DNA of 64,000 nucleotides from Nitrososphaeria archaeon (lineage in GTDB: Archaea; Thermoproteota; Nitrososphaeria; JACIWG01), in NCBI GenBank assembly GCA_963752255.1, contig CAVVXT010000019.1, positions 128,001-192,000 on the forward strand. Reading direction: 5' to 3'. Each line of letters begins with the position of its first letter. The first letter of the stretch is position 1. Both the position numbers and the translations under genes were made by a program. Shown piece by piece: positions 1-9,745 of the stretch. Below the pieces are notes generated by a model, which was not told the origin of the DNA, ran no database searches, and was given only the letters and a program-made list of their open reading frames with translations.

Positions 1-110
1 TTTCAACTGCTCTCATCGAGCCCAGAGGATTCCGTTTACTAAACGTATACTTATCGATATGGGAGAGCATGCAGCCATTTTACAACCTATGTTTCTTACA
101 ATTCAATTCT

Positions 111-479
111 TTAAAAACAGATGACAGCATCTGCTTCAAGCGCTAAATCGTTCAGGGTAGCAGCACCTACGATTCCAGCTTCAGAAACGAAGTCTCCACG
201 TGCGATAGTCAGCAGTTGGCAACTCTGTTCACACACCATAAGCTTTACTCCCGCCTTTATCGCCTGATCCATTACTTCTTTGAGCGATGGGAAACCGCCT
301 ATCTTTATCTTTTCAGCTTCTCCCTTCTTGACGATCGTTACACCTTTTATTACGAAATAGATTGTTGCCTCTATGTTCATCATTTCTGCGGTGGCTGCTA
401 GAATAAATGGCGCATATGTGCGTTCTGGTGTGTCAACACCGCTTGTTTGAACATACAGTATCTTTTTTTTCTCAGACAT
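111..479 (-). CDS. DsrE/DsrF-like sulfur-relay protein
   Basis: Typical DsrE fold pattern (YAPFILAATA, GVKLMVCEQSC, GAATLNDLALEADAVICF); lies next to tusA. Confidence 0.85.
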   Translation of the reverse strand: MSEKKKILYVQTSGVDTPERTYAPFILAATAEMMNIEATIYFVIKGVTIVKKGEAEKIKIGGFPSLKEVMDQAIKAGVKLMVCEQSCQLLTIARGDFVSEAGIVGAATLNDLALEADAVICF

Positions 480-503
480 TTTCTCACCTCCAATTAATAC
501 TGT

Positions 504-740
504 TCATTTCATCTTCCTGATTAAAAGCTGAACCCCTTTTCCTACGGAATTCACGCCTAACAGCTCCTGTCCTAAATTCTTCACAAGACTTCTTATATCC
601 ATTTCCGCCGCCGGGTCATCAGCGAGCACTTCCAATACTTCGCCCACCCCCATCTTGTCAAGTTCAATTCGAGTCCTAAACACAGGTTCTGGACAGTAGA
701 AACCTATGCAATCCAATGTTCGGTCTACTTTTTTATTCAA
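504..740 (-). CDS. tusA: TusA/SirA family sulfurtransferase
   Basis: LDCIGFYCPEP (CPxP motif) and EVLADDPAA. Confidence 0.93.
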   Translation of the reverse strand: MNKKVDRTLDCIGFYCPEPVFRTRIELDKMGVGEVLEVLADDPAAEMDIRSLVKNLGQELLGVNSVGKGVQLLIRKMK

Positions 741-764
741 AAAAGACTCGACTCATCGACGATA

Positions 765-779
765 TATCACAGTGTTATA
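765..779. promoter_or_regulatory. Palindromic operator candidate upstream of tusA (TATCAC-AGT-GTTATA)
   Basis: One arm mismatch to TATAAC-N3-GTTATA; next to a minus-strand TATA-like box. Confidence 0.55.
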
Positions 780-875
780 TTTATAACTTTTTATTTTTAA
801 TTATAATTATATGTTAAGCATCCGCTCTCTGAATAACCTAAAGTTCTAGGTCAAAATGTATTTAGAAGCTTGCTT

Positions 876-1967
876 CTATTTAATATTCGAAAGTGGAACA
901 TTTAGTCCTTCGATTACTATTCTACTGTAAAGGTCACGTGCCTTCTCTTCATTTTCTAATCCTTCAACGATCATTACCCCGCTCTTTAGGATACTTGCTT
1001 TAAGATCTGATCCTTTATCGAATGTTATACCTAAATCGGTTTTGATTTTGATCTTAAACTTGCTCTTTTCCAAAAGTGAAAGAAGATCATTCATTTTCAA
1101 GGTTAGGTTCTTTCTTGGTGTTATCACGAAAACCCGTTTTCTTTTTCGACCACAGATTTCCGTAACCAGTTGTACTTGAAGAGGTTTCGGCGGGCGTAAT
1201 GGTCTTGAGCCACATACGGGACAATCCTCTGCCTTTGATATGTCGATCGCCTGGAAGGTCAAAGATCCAACGTCACAGTAAAATAGTTTGTTCATAAGGT
1301 TAGGTGTCTGTCCTAGAATAATCCTTGCAGCCTCTGACACTTCAATACTAGCTATAATGTTTATGATCGAAGGTTGGACGCCGACTATGGCACAGGTCGG
1401 TAGCATTTGATCCTCTAAGTTTCCTTGAAAACATTCTAGGCAGGCGGTTTTACCGGGTATTATCGTTGATACGCTTCCGTAGGTTGTAATTGCAGCACCA
1501 AAAATGTATGGTACGTTATATGCCTGACAAGCCCTGTTTAATGCGTAGCGTGGAGCCATATGATCTAGGCCGTCGACAACAACATCCATGTCGCATACAA
1601 TGTCTCCAGCGTTTTCTGAGTTCAAGGATAATGGGAGAGGTTCCACCTCTATGTTGGGGTTATACTCGTGCAGCCTTCTCGCTGCGACCTCAACCTTAGG
1701 GTAGCCTATGAAGTCTACACCGTAGAGGGGTTGTCTCTGGAGATTAGAGAGCTCGATAATATCTTGATCGACCAAACGCAGGTGACCTACCCCCATTCCA
1801 GCTAGCAGCAATGAAGCTTGAGAACCAAGTCCTCCAATTCCGACTATGCAGACTCTAGCGTTTCTAAGTTTCAATTGCCCGTTATAACCTATATCAGGTA
1901 GAACGATCTGACGGGAGTAGTATTCAAGTTCCTTTTCTGAAAGCTTCTTTGCTTTAACCTTAGGCGT
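876..1967 (-). CDS. ThiF/MoeB (UbaA-like) E1 adenylyltransferase with C-terminal extension; probable ACG start at 1967
   Basis: GIGGLGS, LSNLQRQ and CxxC motifs; the conserved N-terminus (LSEKELEYYSRQIVLPDIG) is in frame upstream of the ORF-track start at 1874. Confidence 0.88.
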   Translation of the reverse strand, partial: TPKVKAKKLSEKELEYYSRQIVLPDIGYNGQLKLRNARVCIVGIGGLGSQASLLLAGMGVGHLRLVDQDIIELSNLQRQPLYGVDFIGYPKVEVAARRLHEYNPNIEVEPLPLSLNSENAGDIVCDMDVVVDGLDHMAPRYALNRACQAYNVPYIFGAAITTYGSVSTIIPGKTACLECFQGNLEDQMLPTCAIVGVQPSIINIIASIEVSEAARIILGQTPNLMNKLFYCDVGSLTFQAIDISKAEDCPVCGSRPLRPPKPLQVQLVTEICGRKRKRVFVITPRKNLTLKMNDLLSLLEKSKFKIKIKTDLGITFDKGSDLKASILKSGVMIVEGLENEEKARDLYSRIVIEGLNVPLSNIK

Positions 1968-2335
1968 TTTAGTTCACCCCTCTAAAACTGTAACTTAGAT
2001 AACCTTTTTCAAGAAAATTTAAAGCTTTTAACTCATGTTTTAGCAATGGCCCTTTAGAAATAAGAAACAAATATAAGTTTTATACTCGACATAGACTTAT
2101 TTGGCGGATTTGAGTTCAGAGTGAAGAATCTTGCGCACAAGAATAATTTAGTAAAATCTAAAACAGATGTAAAAAACTAAAGAAATAGAAGAAATCAAGG
2201 AGGTACAACTGATAACAGATTTATCAATGAACATGCTTAATGGAGCTAGTTTCGATGTAAAACGTGTTTAGTCGGGGATAAGGTAGATTTCGGTACAGCA
2301 TTTGAACTTCTTCCTATGCATTAAGGTTATCAACA

Positions 2336-3490
2336 TCAGGCTTTAATTGGCGAAATCTTCCTTAATTTTTTTACGGTTTTGGGCAAAGCTTCCAGGATGT
2401 AGTCCACATCTTTATCTGTCGTGTACCTTCCCAAAGATATTCTTAAGCTTCCGTGGATTTCTTCTGGTTTTAATCCAAGGGCTAGTAGCACGTGACTCGG
2501 TTCCCCTGAGCCTGATGAGCACGCGGAACCTGTGGACGCAGCTATCCCCTCATCACTAAGAAGCATGATTAGGGATTCACCTTCGATAAAAGAAAATCTA
2601 AAATTGTTTATGTTTGGTAACCTCTTGGTAGGGTGTCCGTTCAGGTAGGTCTTTTCAATTTCTAACACACCCTTGATTAGACGATTGCTCAAAGCTGTCA
2701 GCCTCTGCGCTTCTGACACCATCTCCTCCTTTCTAATCTCTACAGCTTTAGCGAACCCCATAATACCCGGGACGTTCTCAGTACTGGACCTTAGGCCGAA
2801 TTCGTGGCCTCCTCCGTGCAGCAAGGGCTCAATTTTTACTCCTTTCTTTATGTAAAGTGCGCCAACCCCCTTTGGCCCATAAATCTTGTGGGCGTTAACG
2901 GTCATAAGGTCTATATTCATTTCTTTGACATCTATGGGAATTTTACCGAAGCTTTGAGCTGCGTCGGTGTGGAAGAAGGCGCCATATTCATGACATAGCT
3001 TACCAATTTCCTTCAACGGCTGTATGGTACCAATTTCGTTATTGCCATGTATAATGGAAACCAAGGAAACGCCATTCTTCAAAGCTTTTTCAAGTTCCTC
3101 CAGATCTAATAGACCGTACTTGTCGACAGGTAGATAAGTTATTTTAAAGCCCTCTTTTTCCAGCCAAACAGCAGAATTTAGAACACTGTCATGCTCTATG
3201 GTAGATATGGCGATGTGCGTTTTACCATTTCCTTTATTGAAAGCGAAACCTTTTAAGGTCAGGTTATTTGCTTCAGTAGCGCTTCCGGTAAAGATCAATT
3301 CTTCAGGCTCAGCTTTAATCATTCCAGCAACTGTTTTCCTCGCTTCATCAATAGATTTCCTCGCCTCTAATCCGAAGCTGTGAATAGATGAAGCATTTCC
3401 GTAAATTTCGGTAAAATAAGGCTGCATGGTTTCAAGTACTCTGGGCTCTAAAGGCGTTGTCGCAGCATAGTCGACGTAGATTCTTCTCAT
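2336..3490 (-). CDS. iscS: Cysteine desulfurase (IscS/NifS)
   Basis: YVDYAATTP, HTDAAQ, AHKIYGPKG (PLP Lys), STGSACSS (catalytic Cys). Confidence 0.96.
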   Translation of the reverse strand: MRRIYVDYAATTPLEPRVLETMQPYFTEIYGNASSIHSFGLEARKSIDEARKTVAGMIKAEPEELIFTGSATEANNLTLKGFAFNKGNGKTHIAISTIEHDSVLNSAVWLEKEGFKITYLPVDKYGLLDLEELEKALKNGVSLVSIIHGNNEIGTIQPLKEIGKLCHEYGAFFHTDAAQSFGKIPIDVKEMNIDLMTVNAHKIYGPKGVGALYIKKGVKIEPLLHGGGHEFGLRSSTENVPGIMGFAKAVEIRKEEMVSEAQRLTALSNRLIKGVLEIEKTYLNGHPTKRLPNINNFRFSFIEGESLIMLLSDEGIAASTGSACSSGSGEPSHVLLALGLKPEEIHGSLRISLGRYTTDKDVDYILEALPKTVKKLRKISPIKA

Positions 3491-3539
3491 GACTCATCCT
3501 CCTTTTTAGTGTGTTGTCGATCCATTATTCAAGATTTAA

Positions 3540-4589
3540 TCACTCTTTCTGTAACCTAGATCTGGTAATATAACCATTCACTTTGGCGCCAGCAGGAATC
3601 GAGGAAGTTATCCAGGAGTTTCCTCCTATGACAGCATTATCCCCTATGATTGTTTCGCCTCCGAGAATAGTTGCATCGGAATAAATAACAACATTGTTTC
3701 CAACCGTAGGATGTCTCTTACGCCCCCTTATGATCTGCCCTTTCTCGTCTTTGGGAAAACTCAGGGCACCTAAGGTTACACCTTGGTAGATTTTCACATT
3801 ATCTCCAATCTCCGTAGTTTCTCCTATGACAACGCCTGTTCCATGGTCGATAAAGAAGTTTCTTCCGATCTTTGCTCCGGGGTGAATATCGATACCTGTT
3901 TGAGAGTGGATATATTCGCTCATTATTCTAGGAATCATCGGAACGCCTCTTATGTAGAGCTCGTGAGTTATCCTGTAGGTTGCGATGGCAAGAACGCATG
4001 GATAACTTAGAATGATCTCGTCGGTGCTCTTAGCAGCAGGATCTCCATCGTAGGCTGCTTGAATGTCTCCACTTAGGAGGGTTCTTATTTCAGGAATCTT
4101 CTCTAGAAGCTCCTTTACAACCACTTGTGCCCTTCTGTAGCAGACATCTTCAGGGCATTTTTTAATCCTTCGGCAAACGTACTTGAGGCTTTTCCCTACT
4201 TCATTAACGAGACGAAAATATATCGAGTTTAAAGTGTTGCCTAGAAAGTACCTAACATTGGATTTTGTTACTTTCTTTTTACCCATGTAGCCAGGGAAAA
4301 TTGTTGCTAAAAGGTCTTCTAGTACCTCGATAACTACCTGTTTCGATGGAAGATCTTTTCCTTCTAGGCTTTTCATTTCCCCATGACTTTTGTAGTTTTC
4401 CATAATCTCTTCGACGAGCTTTGGTAAACCTTCCTCAACCCAATTTTCTTCTACTATCTTTTGTTCTTTCATTATCATCTCCAGCATTTGCTCTGGACTC
4501 CATGCGTAAGGCAGTTCCTCGTTTCGCTTTTCCTCTTTAAAGCGAGATCTGTTTGATGTAGACTTCATTTGCTTTCTCATCTTTATCAT
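3540..4589 (-). CDS. cysE: Serine O-acetyltransferase (true start may be further downstream)
   Basis: [34 protein letters not shown]. Confidence 0.93.
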   Translation of the reverse strand: MIKMRKQMKSTSNRSRFKEEKRNEELPYAWSPEQMLEMIMKEQKIVEENWVEEGLPKLVEEIMENYKSHGEMKSLEGKDLPSKQVVIEVLEDLLATIFPGYMGKKKVTKSNVRYFLGNTLNSIYFRLVNEVGKSLKYVCRRIKKCPEDVCYRRAQVVVKELLEKIPEIRTLLSGDIQAAYDGDPAAKSTDEIILSYPCVLAIATYRITHELYIRGVPMIPRIMSEYIHSQTGIDIHPGAKIGRNFFIDHGTGVVIGETTEIGDNVKIYQGVTLGALSFPKDEKGQIIRGRKRHPTVGNNVVIYSDATILGGETIIGDNAVIGGNSWITSSIPAGAKVNGYITRSRLQKE

Positions 4590-4740
4590 GAATACAATAG
4601 TACAACACTAAGATAGGGGTCTCCTATATCTTGATTATTTTTTGATTTGAGGGGATTAAAGACGTACTTCAAAACGTTTACTACACCTAAAGTTAAAACT
4701 TTTCTCATGACTTATCCTACTCATATTACGGCTGTCTGTT

Positions 4741-4755
4741 TATAACGCCGTTATA
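4741..4755. promoter_or_regulatory. Perfect palindrome TATAAC-GCC-GTTATA overlapping a TATA box upstream of cysE
   Basis: Read directly; minus strand gives caaaagaTTTATAA (BRE+TATA) overlapping one arm. Confidence 0.7.
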
Positions 4756-4933
4756 AATCTTTTGTTTTTAAAACTTCATATAATTCAAATAAGAGAAGCT
4801 AGTTATTTCTCACTATCTAATTTTCGTCTCTGCCATCTCATCTTTGGAAATTGCATTTTTTTGCCTAGTGATCGATTTAAGTTTTAGCTCAACTTCTTTA
4901 AAAATCTTGGAATTGGGAGTGGCGGGATATCTT

Positions 4934-5890
4934 TCAACGGCGTCCTTGAGGTTCGTTCACTTCGGGTTCCTTAAATAGGGCGGTACTCAAATATCGTTCG
5001 CCAGTGTCTGGAAACACAACTATAATGAGCTTACCATCGTTTTCGCGTCTCTTCGCTACTTCAAGGGCAGCGTAGCATGCTGCTCCAGATGAGATTCCAA
5101 CGAGCAGACCCTCTTCCTTTGCAAGACGTCTAGCAATGTTGAAGGCGTCATCGTCTCTAACCTGAAAGATTTCATCCACAATATCCCTACGGAAAACGTC
5201 CGGTACAAACCCCGCTCCTATTCCCTGTATCTTATGGCGACCAGGCTGTCCACCCGAGAGAACAGGTGAGTTTAAGGGTTCAACCGCTATGATTTTTAGG
5301 CTGGGCTTTAACGGTTTGATATATTCGCCTATTCCTGTAACAGTGCCCCCTGTCCCAACTCCGCCCACTACTATGTCTACCTGCCCGTCTGTGTCATCCC
5401 ATATTTCTACTGCAGTTGTTTCCCGATGTATCTTTGGGTTAGCGGGGTTCTTGAACTGCTGAGGTATGAATGAGTTGGGTGTGCTTGCGGCGACCTCTTC
5501 AGCCCTTTTGATCGCACCCTTCATCCCCTCAGCCCCAGGCGTGAGAACAAGTTCTGCACCATATGCTTTAAGGAGAGATCTTCGCTCAGCGCTCATCGTA
5601 TCAGGCATTGTCAAGATGAGCTTGTAGCCTCTTACAGCCGCAACCATAGCGAGCCCAATACCAGTATTACCGCTTGTAGGTTCAATTATGATCGTATCCT
5701 TATGGATCAATCCTTGTTTCTCAGCCTCTTGAATCATACTCAAGCATATCCTGTCCTTCACACTTCCCCCAGGGTTTCTTGACTCGAGTTTCGCGACAAT
5801 TGTAGCTTTCAAGCCCTCTGTAATTCGGTTCAGTTTGATTAAGGGAGTCATACCGATGGTCTTTAACACATCATCGTAAATTTTTAGCAT
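4934..5890 (-). CDS. cysK: Cysteine synthase A (O-acetylserine sulfhydrylase)
   Basis: [41 protein letters not shown]; ATG at 5890 preferred over the ORF-track start at 5914. Confidence 0.96.
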   Translation of the reverse strand: MLKIYDDVLKTIGMTPLIKLNRITEGLKATIVAKLESRNPGGSVKDRICLSMIQEAEKQGLIHKDTIIIEPTSGNTGIGLAMVAAVRGYKLILTMPDTMSAERRSLLKAYGAELVLTPGAEGMKGAIKRAEEVAASTPNSFIPQQFKNPANPKIHRETTAVEIWDDTDGQVDIVVGGVGTGGTVTGIGEYIKPLKPSLKIIAVEPLNSPVLSGGQPGRHKIQGIGAGFVPDVFRRDIVDEIFQVRDDDAFNIARRLAKEEGLLVGISSGAACYAALEVAKRRENDGKLIIVVFPDTGERYLSTALFKEPEVNEPQGRR

Positions 5891-5906
5891 ACACCTTAAG
5901 TTAGGA

Positions 5907-5921
5907 TATAACACTGTTATA
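5907..5921. promoter_or_regulatory. Perfect palindrome TATAAC-ACT-GTTATA overlapping the cysK TATA box
   Basis: Read directly; 17 nt from the cysK ATG. Confidence 0.7.
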
Positions 5922-5972
5922 AATCTTTGTAGATTATCTTGTTTTTAACCAGTAAATAGGAACTCGTAAAAG

Positions 5973-6293
5973 CTATTTTATTAAGGTAAACACAAGCGTG
6001 CAAATACCACATAGGTCTACTTCTACTTTCTTTGACTTTTTTGCATCAGCTATTTTTCCTGCTTCTGAACCGATAATTTTTATTATTTCCTTATTAGCTA
6101 ACAGTTCTTTAGTCAATTTTCCACCCCTCTTTGAACTAATATACTGACTAACAGCAGCCTGCGTTATTCCAAGCACCTTAGCTGCATGGGATTGAGAGAA
6201 ACCGTGTTCTTCAACAAGCTCCTTTGCGATAAGTCCTCTTATGGTTGGAAGGATATATTTTGTTGCACTCTCACATTTCGGCCTGACAACCAT
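5973..6293 (-). CDS. Archaeal HTH transcriptional regulator (COG2522-like, Cys-containing)
   Basis: PKCE...LPTIRGLIAKEL...SQSHAAKVLGITQAAVSQYISSKRG, C-terminal CxxC. Confidence 0.85.
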   Translation of the reverse strand: MVVRPKCESATKYILPTIRGLIAKELVEEHGFSQSHAAKVLGITQAAVSQYISSKRGGKLTKELLANKEIIKIIGSEAGKIADAKKSKKVEVDLCGICTLVFTLIK

Positions 6294-6306
6294 TATTTTG
6301 AATTGA

Positions 6307-6321
6307 CTTAACACTGTTATT
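6307..6321. promoter_or_regulatory. Imperfect operator CTTAAC-ACT-GTTATT upstream of the HTH regulator (possible autoregulation)
   Basis: Shares TAACACTGTTAT with the cysK site. Confidence 0.6.
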
Positions 6322-6456
6322 AAAAGTTTGCCTTAAATTCAATACTTAGGTATAATAAAACTTTTGTATAATTTCCATTTCCTCTTTTAAAAGTTGTAAA
6401 CATAAGGCTTTGAATGTTTTTATAGTGAAGTTGCTAGAAAAGTTTAGAAGGTTAAT

Positions 6457-7276
6457 ATGTCTCGGAAAAAAAAATGGTAAAACAAATCTTATATCTTTAG
6501 CTGAGCTCGTTTCTTTAAGCGGAAAGAGAGCGTTAATTACGGGTTCAGGTTCAGGAATTGGCAAGGCAATTGCCTATAGGTTTGCTGAAGCAGGTGCTAG
6601 TCTACAGTTAGTTGATATTAAAGAAGAGAGCTTAGTTGCAGTGAAAGAAGAACTCAAGCAGTTTAACATGGATATAAGTGTTCATAAGGTTAATCTGTCC
6701 AAGAAAGAGGAAATTGACTCTTTATGGAAGTAGTTAGAAGGAAAAGAGCCCGACATTTTGGTTAACAATGCTGGAATATATCCAACTAAGTCATTTTTGG
6801 ACGTAGATGAAGCCTTCCTGGAGAAAGTGATGGATATTAACCTGAACGCAGTTTTCTGGATGTGCCAACACATGATAAAAAGCAGGCTAAAAATTGGTGG
6901 TGTAATCATAAACATGGGCTCAATTGAAGCTATAATGCCTTTGAAAGAGGATTTGTGCCATTATGATATCAGTAAGGCAGGAATTATGGTTCTCTCAAGA
7001 GCTCTTGCCAGCGAATACGGTAAGCATGGCTTTAGAATAAATGTCCTTGTTCCAGGTGGAATATAGAAATAAGGGACTAAAAACCTGGCAAAAGAGGCAA
7101 CAAAATTCAAACTGAATATCATCAAGTCTGGCATAGAATATAACATAAGGACTCCTTTAGGCAGATTGGGAAAGCCGGATGAGATAGCACGTATGGCCTT
7201 GGTTCTCGCAACCGAGTTGTCCAGCTACGTTAATGGAACACTTATTGCCGTTGACGGGGGCTTTTTATCGGCTTAA
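6457..7276 (+). pseudogene. SDR (FabG-like) oxidoreductase with three in-frame stops
   Basis: TGSGSGIG, NNAG, YxxxK and VDGG are all in one frame, interrupted by TAG at 6731, TAG at 7064 and TAA at 7070. Confidence 0.88.
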
Positions 7277-7459
7277 GATGGCTCACTAAAAACAGAATAA
7301 GATAAATTTTGACCTTTAGGAGATTTAGCAACTGGAGACGGAATTCATTTAGTTTCTATAGAAATAATATCAATTTTTTTTCATTATCAGTTTATTTAAT
7401 TTGTAGTAAAATTTTGAAAATCAACTGATATTCTATGACCTAAGTAGTGTAAATATATA

Positions 7460-7551
7460 TGGGGCCAGTGGGATTCGAACCCACGCTCACCAGCGATCTG
7501 GGCTACATGCTCCCCAGGCTGGCATCTTTGACCAAGCTGGACGATGACCCC
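7460..7551 (-). tRNA. tRNA-Pro(GGG) with a 16-nt canonical 37/38 intron (7496-7511)
   Basis: GGGGTCA/TGGCCCC acceptor stem, CCAGC/GCTGG anticodon stem, CT-GGG-G loop split by the intron, GGTTCGAATCC T-arm. Confidence 0.92.
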
Positions 7552-7609
7552 GTCAAACGGTGATTGCATTATGTGGTTTATTTGTGTATTGCTTAACCTC
7601 TTTTGTGCA

Positions 7610-8389
7610 TTATTTAACATCTAACCTAAGATTTCTGAGAACTTTTTCAAAGGTTTCCTGTTTCGGATTCTGTTTGTATTCTCTAAGGCCTTCTATAATA
7701 GGTTTAATTTCCTTTATCCCGAGCGTTCTCCTTACCTTTGGAGAAAGCTTCCCGCCTACAAAGAGACTCTGTGCAAGAGAAGTCACGTTCGAGTATTTCT
7801 TATTCGAGTTCGCTGATTCGAAGTCGAGTATCACGGGTTTATAATTTGACTTTATAATAATGTGTTTAACTGGGTTACTGAGTTCACAGTGCGCTACTTT
7901 ATTTTTATCTAAAACAAAACATTGTGTAAGCATGTCTTTCAAAACCCTTCGAAGCCTTCCAGCTTTTCCTCTGCCTTTAAGATCTTCTATAAAGTCTCCG
8001 ATCCTTTTTCCTTTAATATGCTCCAACACTAGGAACTCGTCTGTTACATAATACAGTTTTGGCCCCACTCCCAAAGCATTTACCTTGCTGAGAAATGCTC
8101 CTTCATCCTTCAGCGTTTTCCTATTCGAGTCTGTTCTAAGCAATTTGACAGCTGTAAGGCCATATCTTGTTTTGGCAGATATGACTACAGCTGTACATCC
8201 TTTGCCGAGCACCTGCAAGCCGTCAATTTGTGTCTTTCCTTGGATGAAAACTTCCTTTAAACCAGCACCCTTCAACTTCCTTATTATTTTATGAACTCTT
8301 AAATCATCAACCTTCGGATAAGAAAGTAAAAGGTTGTATGGTGCAACTGTAAGACTGTTAATCGAAATAGTTTTTTTCTTTAGGCTCAA
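7610..8389 (-). CDS. Archaeal RIO-like Ser/Thr protein kinase (COG2112 type)
   Basis: LGKGCTAVV, AVK, HCELS, ILDFESA; overlaps the end of cca. Confidence 0.8.
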   Translation of the reverse strand: MSLKKKTISINSLTVAPYNLLLSYPKVDDLRVHKIIRKLKGAGLKEVFIQGKTQIDGLQVLGKGCTAVVISAKTRYGLTAVKLLRTDSNRKTLKDEGAFLSKVNALGVGPKLYYVTDEFLVLEHIKGKRIGDFIEDLKGRGKAGRLRRVLKDMLTQCFVLDKNKVAHCELSNPVKHIIIKSNYKPVILDFESANSNKKYSNVTSLAQSLFVGGKLSPKVRRTLGIKEIKPIIEGLREYKQNPKQETFEKVLRNLRLDVK

Positions 8390-9734
8390 AGACCTCGCAT
8401 ACTCCTTCGAGAAGCCACCTTCTCTTATCGGATAGTACTGTTTTCCCGACGTAAACCTTGTTCTCTTCCTTTAAATATCGTGTTATCTTCTTGGATACAC
8501 CAAACTTTGTCGGTTCTCTGATGATTTCCTTCAAAATCGAAGTTGTTGAATCTAAATGTCGGCCAACCAATGCACAAGCTTTGCCTTCTCCGTCCACCCA
8601 AATAAGTAGTGCATCTTTGCGGTTTTTTGAGAGAAAACTCTGCATGTTGTCCGTGTCAAAGACGGAAGGACCTTTTTTGATCTGGTATTTAGAAATAGCC
8701 ATCATCTGAAAAAGAAATATAAACGCGCTAGTCTTTTGGTCGTCGCTTACAGCGACAGACCTTATCACCTTGAAGTCGAATTTCTCAAAATGTTTGGTAA
8801 GGCTGCTGAGAGTGTGATTCAACATTCCCCATAGGATGTCAACGCTCATTTTTTCATGCTCGAACACTATCGTCAAGAGATTTCCTGCGAGTGGCAAGGT
8901 CAGCTGTTTTTTGGTTACTTTCTTTTTCTCTTCACTGAAAAAATCCACTGATGGATGCTTTAGGAAACTTCTTGATTCCAGTATAAATCTGGATAGAGTC
9001 GTTATATAAAGTGCTCTTCCCAAGTTTCTGTTTATGTCAATTGGATCTGTTACTATGATTTTATCGTCATGAAATCTATCCTTAACATATTCTAATTTAT
9101 CTGTTTCAGAAATTATTAGTGGTAAACGCCACCTTTGAGCATTTTTTATGAGATTTTCAAAGGTAGCGTAACGATATACTAAGACTTCACACATGTATCC
9201 GCTGAACCCTCCGATCTTTATTTCTGCACCGTACGTTTCCGATGCTTTCATAAACTTCTTAAGTATTCTGACTTCACTTTTTTGTTTTTGGCTCAGATTG
9301 TCGCGCATGAATTCAAGATGGTAGGGTGAACGATCAGCAGCGGTCAACCAGTTTCCTCGTTCAACACTATAGCATGGCACGATGTTGATGCGTGCTTTGT
9401 TGACATACGTCTCCACATAGGGGTGCTCCGCGTATCTGATGATCAAGTTGTCTTTCCCAAATGCTTCGCAAGAGATTTTGAAACTGTCATCTTCAAGATC
9501 CGATTTTGTGGCTTGCAGCGGATACCTTAGGAATATGTCTATGTCAGCCTTTCCAGGAAGCCATGTGTCACGCGCGTACGACCCTCCCATTATCACTTCA
9601 GGTTTGAATGGGCTCTGCTCCGCATGTTTTCTTACACTGTTTACTACTCGTCCAGCGATATCTCCAACTTCCTTGTATCGCTCAGGGGAAGGCGTCGTTA
9701 AGCTTCGAGCTTCCTCAATAATTTTGGAGAGCAA
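8358..9734 (-). CDS. cca: Class I CCA-adding tRNA nucleotidyltransferase
   Basis: GGSYARDTWLPGKADIDIF, YAEHPYV, ADRSPYH, GFSGYMCE. Confidence 0.96.
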   Translation of the reverse strand: MLSKIIEEARSLTTPSPERYKEVGDIAGRVVNSVRKHAEQSPFKPEVIMGGSYARDTWLPGKADIDIFLRYPLQATKSDLEDDSFKISCEAFGKDNLIIRYAEHPYVETYVNKARINIVPCYSVERGNWLTAADRSPYHLEFMRDNLSQKQKSEVRILKKFMKASETYGAEIKIGGFSGYMCEVLVYRYATFENLIKNAQRWRLPLIISETDKLEYVKDRFHDDKIIVTDPIDINRNLGRALYITTLSRFILESRSFLKHPSVDFFSEEKKKVTKKQLTLPLAGNLLTIVFEHEKMSVDILWGMLNHTLSSLTKHFEKFDFKVIRSVAVSDDQKTSAFIFLFQMMAISKYQIKKGPSVFDTDNMQSFLSKNRKDALLIWVDGEGKACALVGRHLDSTTSILKEIIREPTKFGVSKKITRYLKEENKVYVGKTVLSDKRRWLLEGVCEVFEPKEKNYFD

Positions 9735-9745
9735 GAGTATCCCTC

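Noticed and set aside
4741-5921. SurR binding sites
   Set aside because: Arm order is AAC-N3-GTT, not GTT-N3-AAC, and the local regulator is not SurR-like.
6731-7072. Amber (pyrrolysine) readthrough in the SDR gene, suggested by two in-frame TAGs
   Set aside because: A TAA follows two codons after the second TAG, no pyl genes are in the window, and TAG ends several normal genes here; a pseudogene is simpler.
7396-7620. ORFs overlapping tRNA-Pro (and 17021-17275 over tRNA-Ser)
   Set aside because: They overlap well-formed tRNA genes and show no protein features.
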